A DNA stretch of 64,000 nt from a virus (Duplodnaviria > Caudoviricetes): positions 32,001-96,000 of the IMG/VR virus record IMGVR_UViG_3300001517_000002; one strand, 5' to 3'. Below the pieces are notes generated by a model, which worked only from the letters and a program-made list of their open reading frames with translations, was not told where the DNA came from and did no database searches. Within the stretch, counting starts at the first letter, position 1; the number at the start of each line of letters is the position of its first letter. This document shows positions 20,907 to 31,853 of the stretch, one piece after another. A program made the position numbers and the translations under genes.

Positions 20907-21635
20907 TTAACTGACTTCTCTTAGCCAATTAAATTCATTTTTGTTTATTTTACTCATATCCAGATTGCCAGAATAAGCTCCAATGCAAAGATGGTTTGAG
21001 TTTTCTATTATATTAATGCTTGACACGGAATCATAAAAAGCATATATTTTCATGTCCCACACCTCGTCAAGCCTGTATTTAAAATATGGATGATTGGTTA
21101 TTCTTGAAATAGCTGTTTTTAAAATTGACTTAGGTTTTCTTCTCTTTGCAAGCTCTAAGTCATTATGAGCATATTCAATCATTTTTTGTTTCGTATAATC
21201 ATTTGCCACTTTTGTAAATTTAGGAGGAGACAACATATTAATTTTCCGTATGTACTCGACAATATCAGAATATGTTTGTTCATCAATAACAATATCATAG
21301 TAATGCAATTCTAACTTATCATTACAATTCACCAACCTAAATTTACTGAAATCAATTTCACCAAAAAGTAGTTTTGTACTCTGATAGTCTAATGATTGAT
21401 ATAATACGCAGAATAATTGATAACTGGTTATTTTTGTAAAATCAATTTTCATATCATCTAATTGAGCGATAACATCAAATGGTGTACAAGTAAATGTTGA
21501 AATCATCGCATAATATTTATCCTCACCCAATTTTTCTATTTCACCAAGAGTGGGTTGACGTATCAAAATTTTGTCATTTATTTGATAGTCACGACCTCGA
21601 AGCATACTTAATGTTTCAACTACCATTACTATCAC
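20907..21635 (-). CDS. Head-tail module hypothetical protein
   Basis: I.QPTLGEI motif; operon position. Confidence 0.5.
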   Translation of the reverse strand: MIVMVVETLSMLRGRDYQINDKILIRQPTLGEIEKLGEDKYYAMISTFTCTPFDVIAQLDDMKIDFTKITSYQLFCVLYQSLDYQSTKLLFGEIDFSKFRLVNCNDKLELHYYDIVIDEQTYSDIVEYIRKINMLSPPKFTKVANDYTKQKMIEYAHNDLELAKRRKPKSILKTAISRITNHPYFKYRLDEVWDMKIYAFYDSVSSINIIENSNHLCIGAYSGNLDMSKINKNEFNWLREVS

Positions 21636-22137
21636 ACATTTCTTTATTGAAATCTAAAACTTCAAATATTATTTCACGTTGGCGATAGGTGTCATTAAGA
21701 CTTCTTGGCATATTAGATACTCTTTGCAAAGTCCCTATTCCAGCAATATGCTTTCCGTTGAATTTCTTGTTAATTAGCTGAGAAATATAATCTATACGAA
21801 CAGCAGATTGCCCAGCAGTTTCCATACGCATGACACTTTGATGAGCGACAACATAAATATAAACTATACACTTGTCATATACTATATCATTCTTGAATGT
21901 ATTAAATCGGTCTTGAACAGCTTCAACTCCGATTTCAACAAATATATATGTTTTGGCATCTTCCTGTGTTGGAATGATATAGTAATAGGGGAATAGTCGC
22001 ACATACGTCAAATCTTCTTTGTCCTCATTTTCATTAATATCCAACGAATTTACTATTGCTTCGTCTTGCTGAAGCTGTTCGATTATCTTATTTTTAAAAG
22101 TGGTAATAATCTTATCATTAGCCATGTTAGATACCAC
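21616..22137 (-). CDS. Tail terminator-like / head-tail joining protein
   Basis: FPY.YI...Q...YI and RIDYI motifs; position. Confidence 0.5.
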   Translation of the reverse strand: MVSNMANDKIITTFKNKIIEQLQQDEAIVNSLDINENEDKEDLTYVRLFPYYYIIPTQEDAKTYIFVEIGVEAVQDRFNTFKNDIVYDKCIVYIYVVAHQSVMRMETAGQSAVRIDYISQLINKKFNGKHIAGIGTLQRVSNMPRSLNDTYRQREIIFEVLDFNKEMCDSNGS

Positions 22138-23185
22138 CCTTCACTGTAATTAATAGTTCACTTGATTGTGTACCATCGTTTGCAATCAACTTAAAACTAC
22201 TTCCCACTATATCTGTGTTATTTGATTGCACATGAATTGAGCATGAATATTCATCGACTATGGTAAGTTCTATGTAGTCTTTCCATTTGTCAACTACAAG
22301 CAAACTAAAATTAGCACTGCTATCAGTTTTAAATGTTTTAGTTCTGCCTATTCTAATTTCTGGTTTTCCAGAATATGAAATAACAATAGGGACAGTAGGC
22401 TCTGGAATAGAATTTGGGTCTATATAGTCACACAGCATTAAATCAATTCTATCAGTCTGAGGATTAAATTCATGTTCCGTAAATGTAATTCTCATAATAC
22501 GCATTTCATTATATGAATATGGTACTTTTGACATTGATGTAATAATGTAAGTGTCAGGATGTTTTTTTGAAATATCAATAAACATTCTCTTATCTCGCTG
22601 TAATTCCGCAGTTATTTCATCAAGCGACAACCAACTCATCAACTGAATATAACCAGTTTGAATAATATTATTTGCCGTTTCGACACCAGTATTATATTGA
22701 GTTGCATCTGCGGTATAAGAAGGATAATAATAAATTACTCCTGTCTCACTGTCTTGCCATTTTAAAGTATAATTACATTCATGAACAACAGCTTTTGTAT
22801 ATATAGTGTCGCTGTCTGGCATAGCCATAATAATATATATCTGCCAGTTCTGTTTTGTATCTTTTATTTTGATATACTTATAATCAGCTACAAAATCACT
22901 TATTCGTGTAAGAACTTGTCTTTTCCAGCCTTGAGTATAAGCATCAAAGGTCTTGTTCTGGACAACTGCTTTTGTTGGGTATTCCGTTTCAAACAATCCA
23001 GTTTCACCATTGTATTGACCTTTACAAAAGATAACATCTTCTCCTAAAGGTGTTTCAGTTAAATCTTCATCAAAAGCGTCAATAACCCAATCATTCCATT
23101 CTTCATCTTCTAAACCGTTATTTATTGTTGGTTGCGGATTAATAAGATACCAACCTTGCGAATCCATACTAATCACCCCAATCAA
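22127..23185 (-). CDS. Head closure / head-tail adaptor-like protein
   Basis: ECNYTLKW motif; position after capsid. Confidence 0.5.
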   Translation of the reverse strand: MIGVISMDSQGWYLINPQPTINNGLEDEEWNDWVIDAFDEDLTETPLGEDVIFCKGQYNGETGLFETEYPTKAVVQNKTFDAYTQGWKRQVLTRISDFVADYKYIKIKDTKQNWQIYIIMAMPDSDTIYTKAVVHECNYTLKWQDSETGVIYYYPSYTADATQYNTGVETANNIIQTGYIQLMSWLSLDEITAELQRDKRMFIDISKKHPDTYIITSMSKVPYSYNEMRIMRITFTEHEFNPQTDRIDLMLCDYIDPNSIPEPTVPIVISYSGKPEIRIGRTKTFKTDSSANFSLLVVDKWKDYIELTIVDEYSCSIHVQSNNTDIVGSSFKLIANDGTQSSELLITVKGGI

Positions 23186-23577
23186 TCAAAAGCATGAGTT
23201 TTCTGTTTATGGAGGAACTCTTGGACTCGTTGCTGCTGGAATACCAAATCTTTATAAGTTACATTCTTAGAAGCATCGCTACCAGTTAATTGAATATCCT
23301 TACCTCGAAATCCATTTATCTTTTCTGCTCTTGACAACTCTCTTGTAAGATACTCTTGGTACATAAGAAGTCCTAACGTATACACAACATTACTTTTGAG
23401 CTTTGAATCAAATTTAGAACTATCCATATCGTAACCAAGTTCATCAATATCTAATTCGTATTGAGCCAAAGCAGAGCTAAACCATTCGTCCTCCAGCCCA
23501 TCTGGTAACAGCTTTTTAGCCATTGGGTGAGAACGAAAGCTTTGGATAACATCATCTTTTGTAGTTACGTCACCCAA
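23182..23577 (-). CDS. Head-tail connector-like protein
   Basis: Small helical ORF two genes after capsid. Confidence 0.45.
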   Translation of the reverse strand: MGDVTTKDDVIQSFRSHPMAKKLLPDGLEDEWFSSALAQYELDIDELGYDMDSSKFDSKLKSNVVYTLGLLMYQEYLTRELSRAEKINGFRGKDIQLTGSDASKNVTYKDLVFQQQRVQEFLHKQKTHAFD

Positions 23578-23594
23578 TGTTAATCACCACCTTA

Positions 23595-24065
23595 TTATTC
23601 GCTATCTTCTGTATTCAGCGGAATACCTGTGTATTTTTCAACGAACTTAATCTTATTATAATCATTTACCCCAAGCTTGCGCATAGTCTCGATAAGGAAC
23701 TTCTTTTCTGGTAAGGTAGTAACAAGCTTTTTAATGGTGCTCTCAAACTGTGTCTTACCCTTGATTTTAAATGCTTCTTCTATCTTATCTTCGTTAGTAA
23801 TAGACTGCTCAGAATCCTCAGTGTCAAAACCAACATAAACTCTTGTTTCCTTATCATCAATATATATATAAGGATGGGAATGGTCATTATTTTCGCCACA
23901 GAACTTTACACTTCCTGATTGCACCTGAGAAACTACTTCTGCTCTATCTATAAGAATTGATGTACGAGGAGGAATATTAACCTCTCCTTGTCCGTTGATT
24001 CTTATAAATCCCACAGGAAATGTTGTTAAGTTTTTAATTGTAATATTTGTGTTCATGTCTAACAT
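23595..24065 (-). CDS. Head-associated hypothetical protein
   Basis: Start reassigned to MLDMNT after AAGGAGG. Confidence 0.5.
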   Translation of the reverse strand: MLDMNTNITIKNLTTFPVGFIRINGQGEVNIPPRTSILIDRAEVVSQVQSGSVKFCGENNDHSHPYIYIDDKETRVYVGFDTEDSEQSITNEDKIEEAFKIKGKTQFESTIKKLVTTLPEKKFLIETMRKLGVNDYNKIKFVEKYTGIPLNTEDSE

Positions 24066-24091
24066 TAAACAAAATCCTCCTTGATATTTTA

Positions 24092-24111
24092 GGGGCGGCA
24101 TTTACCGCCCC
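24092..24111 (-). terminator. GC-rich hairpin after capsid gene
   Basis: GGGGCGG-6nt-CCGCCCC. Confidence 0.55.
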
Positions 24112-24122
24112 ATTGATTTTTA

Positions 24123-25208
24123 TTATGATGCTGTATCAATAAGACCAATCTTATACTCCTCACCCTTTGCAATATCAGCAGCAACCTCAAGGTCATATCT
24201 TGTAAGAATCTTACCAGTTGTCGCATCATTTGCTGTAAAGCTTGTAAGACCACCACGAGTCCAGAGCTTGATAGGAGAAGCTATACCATTGGGAACTACA
24301 TAGATATATCTATCGTCCATAATCTTGTCGAACCAATTATTAGCATTAACTGAGGTAAGGTCATAGGCATTATCCATACCGTATACCAGTGCGCCCATAA
24401 TGCTTGAAACATAACCATTATTCTTAATCTCGTTCATTGCCTCCTGAGAGATATTGAGATAAGGGGTTGCCTGTGCATCTGCATATGTAGCAATGGTATT
24501 CAGCTTTGTAACAGCAGAAGTATCACCTACAAGAGTTACACGACCAAAGGGACGAGCCTTATTGATAACTTCCTGCACTCCCTGTCTTGTAACACCAAGA
24601 ACAGCGTTCTTAATATTCGCATTTGTAACAGCATTAATAACCTTGTCAAACGCATAAGCCTTTGCCTTGTTCATCATATCTGTCTGGATGTTCTGAATAA
24701 GAGTATTCTCGGAACTCATATCACCATACTGAGCCTTACGATAATCAACCTCGTAACCAGCAGCAAGAGAAGTTGAAGGCACACCATACTCATCTTCGTA
24801 GTTAAAGCTGAAAGGAACATCACCATTGAGAGCCTGTCCTCTTGTATTAATGCTCTGCTTTGTTACCTTGCGCTTAATGTCCTCGCCGTAGCCAAGCTGC
24901 TCAAAGTCTCCAAAGAATCCCAGAAGCTTAATTTCCTCAAGTACAAGGGGGCTTACAACCAGTGTTCTGATAGCATTAAGCTCAGAAATAGCAGAAGTAT
25001 CACCACCCTCGGCTTTTGCGTTCAGTTCCTTAATATAATTTCTACACTTGTTACCAACAGGCTTACCCTCTCCGTCTTTAATAGAGTCAATGGACTGTCC
25101 ATTGACCATAGCACTATAAGCCTTTACAACAGGAGACTGTGAATTAAGCTCACTAACGACCTTATCTTTGCGACTATTAGTCATTTCATTAAGTTCATAT
25201 CTTCTCAT
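24123..25208 (-). CDS. Major capsid protein
   Basis: 361 aa; order portal-scaffold-decoration-capsid as in SPbeta-like phages. Confidence 0.8.
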   Translation of the reverse strand: MRRYELNEMTNSRKDKVVSELNSQSPVVKAYSAMVNGQSIDSIKDGEGKPVGNKCRNYIKELNAKAEGGDTSAISELNAIRTLVVSPLVLEEIKLLGFFGDFEQLGYGEDIKRKVTKQSINTRGQALNGDVPFSFNYEDEYGVPSTSLAAGYEVDYRKAQYGDMSSENTLIQNIQTDMMNKAKAYAFDKVINAVTNANIKNAVLGVTRQGVQEVINKARPFGRVTLVGDTSAVTKLNTIATYADAQATPYLNISQEAMNEIKNNGYVSSIMGALVYGMDNAYDLTSVNANNWFDKIMDDRYIYVVPNGIASPIKLWTRGGLTSFTANDATTGKILTRYDLEVAADIAKGEEYKIGLIDTAS

Positions 25209-25233
25209 ATCCTTATCATTCCTTTCTTAAAAA

Positions 25234-25683
25234 TTATTCAGCAATGGTTACAAGAACTCTTACACCTATAGTAAGGAGCTTCATAACCTTAAAGCAAATG
25301 TCACCAGTAGTTGCGGTATCTTTCTTAAACTTAAATGTAGTAGCGTCAAATGTAAGTGTATCTCCTACTGCAATATCGCCAAATGTACCTTCTATATTCT
25401 CCTTTGTTACATCAAGCTCCATACCTTCCCACTTAGAGAGCTTAAAGAGATTTACATACTCTCCCTGTGCGATAGGATAAGTAAGAGCGTACTCCTTATC
25501 ACCAACCTGAGTATTAAGAACAATATAAAGTTCCTCGCCACTTGCAGGAGCTTTAGTTACCTTTGAAGCACCTGTATATGTAAGACCAACAAGTGCGCCA
25601 TTAATCATATCTGCGTGTGCTGTAACATTAGGGTAGCTATCACCAAAATGTTCAATCATCTTCATAGTATGTACCTTTACCAT
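25234..25683 (-). CDS. Head decoration / capsid stabilising protein
   Basis: 149 aa beta-rich gene between scaffold and capsid. Confidence 0.55.
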   Translation of the reverse strand: MVKVHTMKMIEHFGDSYPNVTAHADMINGALVGLTYTGASKVTKAPASGEELYIVLNTQVGDKEYALTYPIAQGEYVNLFKLSKWEGMELDVTKENIEGTFGDIAVGDTLTFDATTFKFKKDTATTGDICFKVMKLLTIGVRVLVTIAE

Positions 25684-25704
25684 ATTAAAACCTTCCTTTC
25701 TTAA

Positions 25705-26892
25705 TTAATAAATAGAACCTTCGTCTGAATTTGTTGTGTTTGTTTTTGCTCTAAAGACTTCACCATAAATGTCGCCATTTGCAGAATTAAGCTCAACGGT
25801 GGTATCTTCTTTCTTTTCTACTGACTTCATACCAATGCCACGATAAATAGCATCAATTACTGTATTAATCTCAACATTAACAGGGTCAGCCTTGAACTTT
25901 TCAATCTCATCCTTTGCATACTCCTTCTGCTCATCTGTAAATCCTGCGATAGCAGAATTAAGTTCGCCAAGTCTCTCCTTTGCCTTTGCCTCACCAAGTG
26001 CAACTTCGAGTGCTCTCTTTTCCTCCCAAGCACCGTCAAGCTCCTTGGACTTCTGGTCAATCTCAGCCCTAACCGCATCAAGTGCAGACTGAATTTCAGC
26101 AACAGAAGCGTTAAGTTCCGCAATCTTGGAATCCTTATCTGTTATAATCTGATTAAGCTCTGTAATCTTTGCCTCATACTCGGCATTTTTAGCATTAGTC
26201 TCTGATACTGCAACCTTTACGGAATCAGTAATCATAGCAAGTGTCTCTTTATCCATTTTGTTAACCTCACTTTCTTTATTCTTGTTTTTATTCAAAGAAG
26301 CGGCTTCTAATACAATTGCATTTTCATCAGCTTCTTTAACACTTAAAATAGCAGTACCACTGAAATCAAACACCATAGGTATTCTGTATTCGTCAGTAGC
26401 CTCACCTTCGTATATAATTTGGTAGTCATTTTCTTCTTTTCCAGTTAATTCAATAGAAGATTTTATAACATTTGTCTGTAAATTGTTCTTGAGCCATTTT
26501 ACAAAGTTGGGATAGCGTTGGTCAAATAAATAACCTTCTCCAACTAAAAGCTTTTTATCAGAGCCATTTACATTAATCATTTCTAACTGTGCTTTTTCAA
26601 TTACTCCAACTACATCCGAATCTTGAAATATAGGCACTGAATTACCCTTACCATCTTCAATCTGGTCAGTATACCCATGTCCTAAAGGTACTGTTTTTGT
26701 ATCATCTGTAAACTCACAGCATATTGGCATATTAATAGCGGTTTCCAGATTGTTAAGGACATATTTTTCCTTCCAATGGAGTCCGTTACCTTGTGTATCT
26801 TCTTCATTTTCATGTATGGTGAGAAGTGCCATCTTTATATACCTTCTGCCACTTTTAGTACGTTTACTTCCCATTTCAATAATTGTATTCAC
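25705..26892 (-). CDS. Prohead protease/scaffold fusion
   Basis: LGHG...SSIE...FSGTAIL protease-like N-terminus plus long coiled-coil C-terminus; GTG start after GAGGTGG. Confidence 0.65.
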   Translation of the reverse strand: MNTIIEMGSKRTKSGRRYIKMALLTIHENEEDTQGNGLHWKEKYVLNNLETAINMPICCEFTDDTKTVPLGHGYTDQIEDGKGNSVPIFQDSDVVGVIEKAQLEMINVNGSDKKLLVGEGYLFDQRYPNFVKWLKNNLQTNVIKSSIELTGKEENDYQIIYEGEATDEYRIPMVFDFSGTAILSVKEADENAIVLEAASLNKNKNKESEVNKMDKETLAMITDSVKVAVSETNAKNAEYEAKITELNQIITDKDSKIAELNASVAEIQSALDAVRAEIDQKSKELDGAWEEKRALEVALGEAKAKERLGELNSAIAGFTDEQKEYAKDEIEKFKADPVNVEINTVIDAIYRGIGMKSVEKKEDTTVELNSANGDIYGEVFRAKTNTTNSDEGSIY

Positions 26893-26920
26893 GTTCTCAC
26901 CACCTCTCATGTGCTATAAT

Positions 26921-26950
26921 AAAAAGGACTTGCTGTATTATAGCAAGTCT
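26921..26950 (-). terminator. Intrinsic terminator after portal gene
   Basis: GACTTGCT...AGCAAGTC stem plus T-tract on minus strand. Confidence 0.6.
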
Positions 26951-26952
26951 CT

Positions 26953-28575
26953 TTAACCATTTGGTTTGGGTTGATTATTAGAATTATTTGTTTTACTCTT
27001 AATTGTATTTGGATTAGTAGGGTTGTCATTTGTTGGTCTACCGCCACTACTATCTTCTTGATTTCCAGTATCATCTTCTTGATTTCCAGAGGTATTATAA
27101 GAAGTCTTATTAACTGGATATTTGTCTAATACTCCTTCTTCTAACTGTTCGTCCAACATAGCAAAATAAACGTCTTTGGGAATACCAGCGCAATTAGCAA
27201 GATACGCAAGTGAACCTCTACCAATAGTAAATAATTCTTTGGCTGTATTGAAATATTTCTCCCTGTTTAAATGGGTTATTGGCAAGTAATTATTTTCAAT
27301 ATTAATAAAGTCCAGTCCGAGTATATTATAATTAATAACTTTGTTTAATTCCAAAGTAATATCATATATCCACTCAAACAATTGACTGGTAACTAATTCA
27401 AGATTGGTTTGCTGAGAACTAAATGAAGTTGTTCCGCTTGCGTTAAGGAGTGAAGCCGCAAATCCCAAATCAGTCCCGACTTTAGTATCAAGATTGGACT
27501 CATAATCATTATCAAACAAATCAGTTTTGGTTTCGATACTTCCAATTTTCGTTCCTGCGGCGACAGAAAAGAATGTCGTTCCGCTTGAATTGCTCCTTCT
27601 TTGAACAGCCCTTTTTACCGCATCGTGTTGTTCTTCCTGTTGCTTTTTTGAAAGTGCCGAAGTACCAGCAGTTTTTCCTTCTGGGAATGTTTCGTATATA
27701 ATATTATTGTTAATATTCCCAAGTAAATTTCTTTTAGTTCTTCTAAAATCGTCTGAATATATAATGTCTTGAATTGCGCCAAGCACCAGCGGTCTACCCC
27801 AAGGCTCATCAAGATTAGAAGAAATCTTATGAACGATTGTTTTGGTATTGTCCAAAATAAACATTTGATTTTCTGCTGTTTTGTCATTAGTCCATTTATT
27901 ATATGCTACTGTAAATTCAGTAGGATATTTTTTTAATTTATCCTTTGGGCTTTCCATATTATCGCTTTCAAAGTAACTTAAATCAAAAGCAACAACATAC
28001 GAGCTATTCATTGTTCCAACTATGCGGCAATAATCCGTAGGTAAAGATTTTATTGCAATATTCAACTTGGCAAGCTTTGGTTTTAAAGCATTAACTTCTG
28101 AAATAGAAGTTGCTTTCCACTTACTCATATATTTTTTGTTAGAAGGTTTTGTTTTACCAGTATCTAAATAATAAAAAGCAATTCCATCAATACAACCTTT
28201 TAAAATAATGTCTCTAATTAATTGCTTATGCTTTATTTTGCGCATAGTATAATTCATTATTTCTTTCTGTATTTTAGAAGATTTATCTGTAATATAATTG
28301 GTTATAACATAATCCAAGGAGGGAAGGGCTTTCATATAATCGAGAGTGTTCCTTAAAATACCATCGCTTGAATACAATCTTCGTGAAATAATTCTAAGCT
28401 CCTTGTTATTATAGTCGTTCATAGGATTTTGAATCATACTAACTATATCTTCAGTTCGATAGTCACTCAAAATATCAAACCACGTTTTTGTAGTTACATC
28501 ACTATGCCACCAGTAACTATTTACTTCATAGTTAGTTGTATCTTTTCGTCTGGTTATTTTATGTACTTTAGCCAT
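26953..28575 (-). CDS. Portal protein
   Basis: 540 aa following terminase; EPWGRP motif; low-complexity tail with GGRP. Confidence 0.8.
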   Translation of the reverse strand: MAKVHKITRRKDTTNYEVNSYWWHSDVTTKTWFDILSDYRTEDIVSMIQNPMNDYNNKELRIISRRLYSSDGILRNTLDYMKALPSLDYVITNYITDKSSKIQKEIMNYTMRKIKHKQLIRDIILKGCIDGIAFYYLDTGKTKPSNKKYMSKWKATSISEVNALKPKLAKLNIAIKSLPTDYCRIVGTMNSSYVVAFDLSYFESDNMESPKDKLKKYPTEFTVAYNKWTNDKTAENQMFILDNTKTIVHKISSNLDEPWGRPLVLGAIQDIIYSDDFRRTKRNLLGNINNNIIYETFPEGKTAGTSALSKKQQEEQHDAVKRAVQRRSNSSGTTFFSVAAGTKIGSIETKTDLFDNDYESNLDTKVGTDLGFAASLLNASGTTSFSSQQTNLELVTSQLFEWIYDITLELNKVINYNILGLDFINIENNYLPITHLNREKYFNTAKELFTIGRGSLAYLANCAGIPKDVYFAMLDEQLEEGVLDKYPVNKTSYNTSGNQEDDTGNQEDSSGGRPTNDNPTNPNTIKSKTNNSNNQPKPNG

Positions 28576-28592
28576 TTATACCTCCTTTCTTT

Positions 28593-30251
28593 TTAGTTCA
28601 CAAATACCTGAGTTTCATATTCTTCATCTATAGACATATCTTTAGCAAATTTTTCAACATACCAAAGCATATATATTAATGCCGAGACTCTATCCTTATC
28701 TACTTTTCTTGCAACTCTTTCAATTGTTATTCCACCATTAGACAAATGCTTCATTTTTAAGTTGGCAGCTTCTTCAATAAACGCATCAGTTTCAATATAT
28801 GGTCTTATTAAATTTTCGGAATCCGCCCACTCACTTTCGGTAAAATCTGTCTCTATTTTTCTTTCTAATAATTTTAATTTACCACTTTCAACATAATCAA
28901 TAAATGTAGTAACTATTTCATTCTGACATGATTGTGCCTTGAGGTTGTATAGGATTTTGGGCGAATTTGGAATCTCTGGTTCATTGTCATCATTAATTGT
29001 GTCCCAGCAACCTAAACTTTCTCCTGTAATTGGGTCAATAGTTTCTGTTAACAACGCATCTATAAGTCCAGCACCCAAACCATTACCATCGCAAATAACC
29101 ATCTTCGCATGATACTGCTTTTGCACTTGCTTTACCCTTATGGACTGTTTAGTGAAATTATATATATTAGGAACATTTATAATATCAATGATTTCAACCG
29201 CAACAATCCTTGAAGCATCAGCATTGCGTATGATTTTACCAACTACAATTGAAGATTGGTTATTAGAAGTTTTCTGACTTCGTGCAACGTCAACCCCCAT
29301 GAAGATTTCGTCATTTTCTGTTATCTTTGTTTGTTTTGATAAAACTCTACAATTAAGCAGTTTATTAATATTTACCAATGCACCCTCAGAAGCTCCAACC
29401 CATTCTTGTTCATAGTTTTGTGCAAAAGCTACCAGTGACATATTTTTTTTCTTATTGAGTATCTGACTCTTACTTGAACCACGACCATACCAGCAAGGCA
29501 ACATCCAATTAGAACCAAGAACAATCTTTCCTTTGAGTTGTTCCATTTCGTCAACCATACTTAATAGTCTAAGATATTCGTCACTACCTTTAAATCCAGC
29601 AGTTGTGAAGAAATGAATTTGTTGATTAAGCTCACAAGGGTCAGGTATTCCAAGTTTGCCAACGGTTAAGCGAGGGACTTCAACAACGGGGGCAAGTGCA
29701 TCCTCGAACAAGGTATTATTAAGTAATGCTGCTTCTTCTATTTTTAAACGTGTACGTCTTTGTCCTTTTGTACTTTGAGCATTTGCAATAGCATCAATTT
29801 CAGAACCATTTTTGAACTTAATAAAAGCATATCCTTTTGAAAACTTGGGCTTATCCTCTACTTCGTTTAATAAAAGCGGATAATGTTTTGTTATTTCATT
29901 CCATTTAGCAGCCAAAAGGTCAGCAGCATTTTCTTTTGTTTGTGCTGAAATAGCAACAGTTATGTTGGGATATAGCATTGCAGCACATATGCAATCCAAT
30001 ACCTCGTCATATGTTTTTGCGTAGCCTCTTGAGAAATCTCCATACATACTAAAAAATCTCAAATCGCATCTGAGAAAAATTCTTTGGTCAAGATGAAGAT
30101 TGATACCCCCTTTTGGGGGTTTAAGCATATCCAACATTAAATCAGGATAGAAACGAAAGAAGCTTATTAAATCATAATAATTCTCAATTCTCTTGCCAAA
30201 AGGAGTATCATCAACAAGAGCTTTAATTCTATCATTCGCCATCGGCATCAC
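28593..30251 (-). CDS. terL: Terminase large subunit
   Basis: SRGYAKT Walker A variant, G.RR..LKIEEA Walker B, MGVDVAR and KDRVSA nuclease motifs. Confidence 0.9.
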   Translation of the reverse strand: MMPMANDRIKALVDDTPFGKRIENYYDLISFFRFYPDLMLDMLKPPKGGINLHLDQRIFLRCDLRFFSMYGDFSRGYAKTYDEVLDCICAAMLYPNITVAISAQTKENAADLLAAKWNEITKHYPLLLNEVEDKPKFSKGYAFIKFKNGSEIDAIANAQSTKGQRRTRLKIEEAALLNNTLFEDALAPVVEVPRLTVGKLGIPDPCELNQQIHFFTTAGFKGSDEYLRLLSMVDEMEQLKGKIVLGSNWMLPCWYGRGSSKSQILNKKKNMSLVAFAQNYEQEWVGASEGALVNINKLLNCRVLSKQTKITENDEIFMGVDVARSQKTSNNQSSIVVGKIIRNADASRIVAVEIIDIINVPNIYNFTKQSIRVKQVQKQYHAKMVICDGNGLGAGLIDALLTETIDPITGESLGCWDTINDDNEPEIPNSPKILYNLKAQSCQNEIVTTFIDYVESGKLKLLERKIETDFTESEWADSENLIRPYIETDAFIEEAANLKMKHLSNGGITIERVARKVDKDRVSALIYMLWYVEKFAKDMSIDEEYETQVFVN

Positions 30252-31335
30252 TTCCTATATTGTAATCTTTTGGCAATTGAATAAACTTCTTTACAGCTTC
30301 TCGGTTTTTTTCAGAAGTATCATCTGTAAAAATATTATATGGGTCGCCATACTGTGCGATATATTCTTCCTTCTTTCTGTCATAAAACTTATAAACTTCC
30401 TCATAAGCTACTTCTGGTAAACCTTTCAATTTGCGACAGAAATTAATATAGCACCAAATTATAAAATCTGGTGCATCATTAGGAGCATATTTAAACCTTG
30501 GTAAAATTTCTATAATATCAGCAGCTTCTTCAACAGCTTTTGATATTTCACTAATTGTAGTTATGCCGCCTTGCAAATCTGCCTGTGTTAGCTGCTTGGG
30601 TGTAAGCTTTGCTTTTTCGGCAGCATCTTGAGCTGCTTTATTCCATTTATTTGCGCTTTCCACATCTCCATTAGCTGTCGCTTCTTCTTCTCTGACTTTG
30701 AACCTGACGTATGTTGCAAGAGCTTCTTCGTGAAGATTTGTTGTCAACTGATAATTTTGTTTAAGTTTGTCGTATTTTTTCTGCATTTTACGATACTGTG
30801 CTTTGGTATATCCCTCACCAAATCTATCAATTATTTCTTCTGTGACAATAAACTCATCGTCTTGACTAACAAACACTTCATTAACATTCTCTTTTTTGCT
30901 TTTACGTCCAGAAGTTGTAATCTTCGTGCAAGTCGTTGCATCATTGCCAAGTAATTTCATACTATCCATAAAATTCATTTTTGAATACTTAGATAATGTA
31001 GAAATGTTCTTCATGTACTTACCAATAATATCTGTATAAGTATCAGATTTTTCAACTTCCGCTACACTAAAATCAAGCACTTCTGGTACAAAGGGTCTAT
31101 CTATTAACATGAGCATTTTTTTAAATGACTCAACATTTAAACTTCCATCAATATTTAATGAGCCAGCTTTAAAACACTCCTTGCAAATATTAACCGTTTT
31201 ACCATCACTTGAAGTCAAGGGATTTGAAGCAACATAAAAATTCTTCAAAGGCAATTCCCTGTTGCAATTAGTACAGTTTTTCATAGGGATAGTTTTAGCT
31301 TTACTTCCCTTGGGTCTACCTCTTTTAACTGCCAA
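30232..31335 (-). CDS. Terminase small subunit-like protein with Zn finger
   Basis: CTNC...CKEC N-terminus; overlaps the start of terL. Confidence 0.6.
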   Translation of the reverse strand: MAVKRGRPKGSKAKTIPMKNCTNCNRELPLKNFYVASNPLTSSDGKTVNICKECFKAGSLNIDGSLNVESFKKMLMLIDRPFVPEVLDFSVAEVEKSDTYTDIIGKYMKNISTLSKYSKMNFMDSMKLLGNDATTCTKITTSGRKSKKENVNEVFVSQDDEFIVTEEIIDRFGEGYTKAQYRKMQKKYDKLKQNYQLTTNLHEEALATYVRFKVREEEATANGDVESANKWNKAAQDAAEKAKLTPKQLTQADLQGGITTISEISKAVEEAADIIEILPRFKYAPNDAPDFIIWCYINFCRKLKGLPEVAYEEVYKFYDRKKEEYIAQYGDPYNIFTDDTSEKNREAVKKFIQLPKDYNIGSDADGE

Positions 31336-31358
31336 ATATAAAATCTCCCTTCTATATA

Positions 31359-31550
31359 TTAATCAGAAGTCTTTCCGTAAAAACCTGTTGTCTTGGCAAT
31401 ATAATTACCGTTACAGTAGTTTTTTGTCATGTCTCTATTTGCTTTTTCTCCACAAACAGGACAAGACTCATGCGGATTATATTCACTAATTTTTTTATCT
31501 ACCATAAACTTTTTATCACACTTGGGACATATGTAATTATATTCTGGCAT
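31359..31550 (-). CDS. FmdB-family zinc ribbon protein
   Basis: MPEYNYICPKC...CPVCG...GFY. Confidence 0.8.
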   Translation of the reverse strand: MPEYNYICPKCDKKFMVDKKISEYNPHESCPVCGEKANRDMTKNYCNGNYIAKTTGFYGKTSD

Positions 31551-31776
31551 TTTTTGTTATCTCCTTTTAATAAATTGGTGCGTTCTTACATATCGTTGCA
31601 ATGCTTAAACGCATAAACGGGGAGGCAACCTCCCCATAGGAGGAAATAAGTATTATGATGATGTCAGTAAATATAACTTGTGGCTTTGCAGGACTTATCC
31701 CGAATACCTACTACTGCAAGTACAGCGGAGAGGCGGTTTTCATCTCTCGTAGAATCCTAAAACTCTACCCTCTATT

Positions 31777-31853
31777 TGGTGAGCGTAGGGAGATTTGAAC
31801 TCGCCATTACGACCTTGAAAGGGTCGTGTCCTTACCTATTAGACGATACACCC
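31777..31853 (-). tRNA. tRNA-Glu (TTC)
   Basis: GGGTGTA/TACGCTC acceptor, anticodon arm CGACC-CTTTCAA-GGTCG, TTCAAAT T-loop, encoded CCA. Confidence 0.92.

Noticed and set aside
27051-27089. 21-bp-spaced duplication ATCTTCTTGATTTCCAG
   Set aside because: Coding duplication (GNQED twice) in the disordered portal tail
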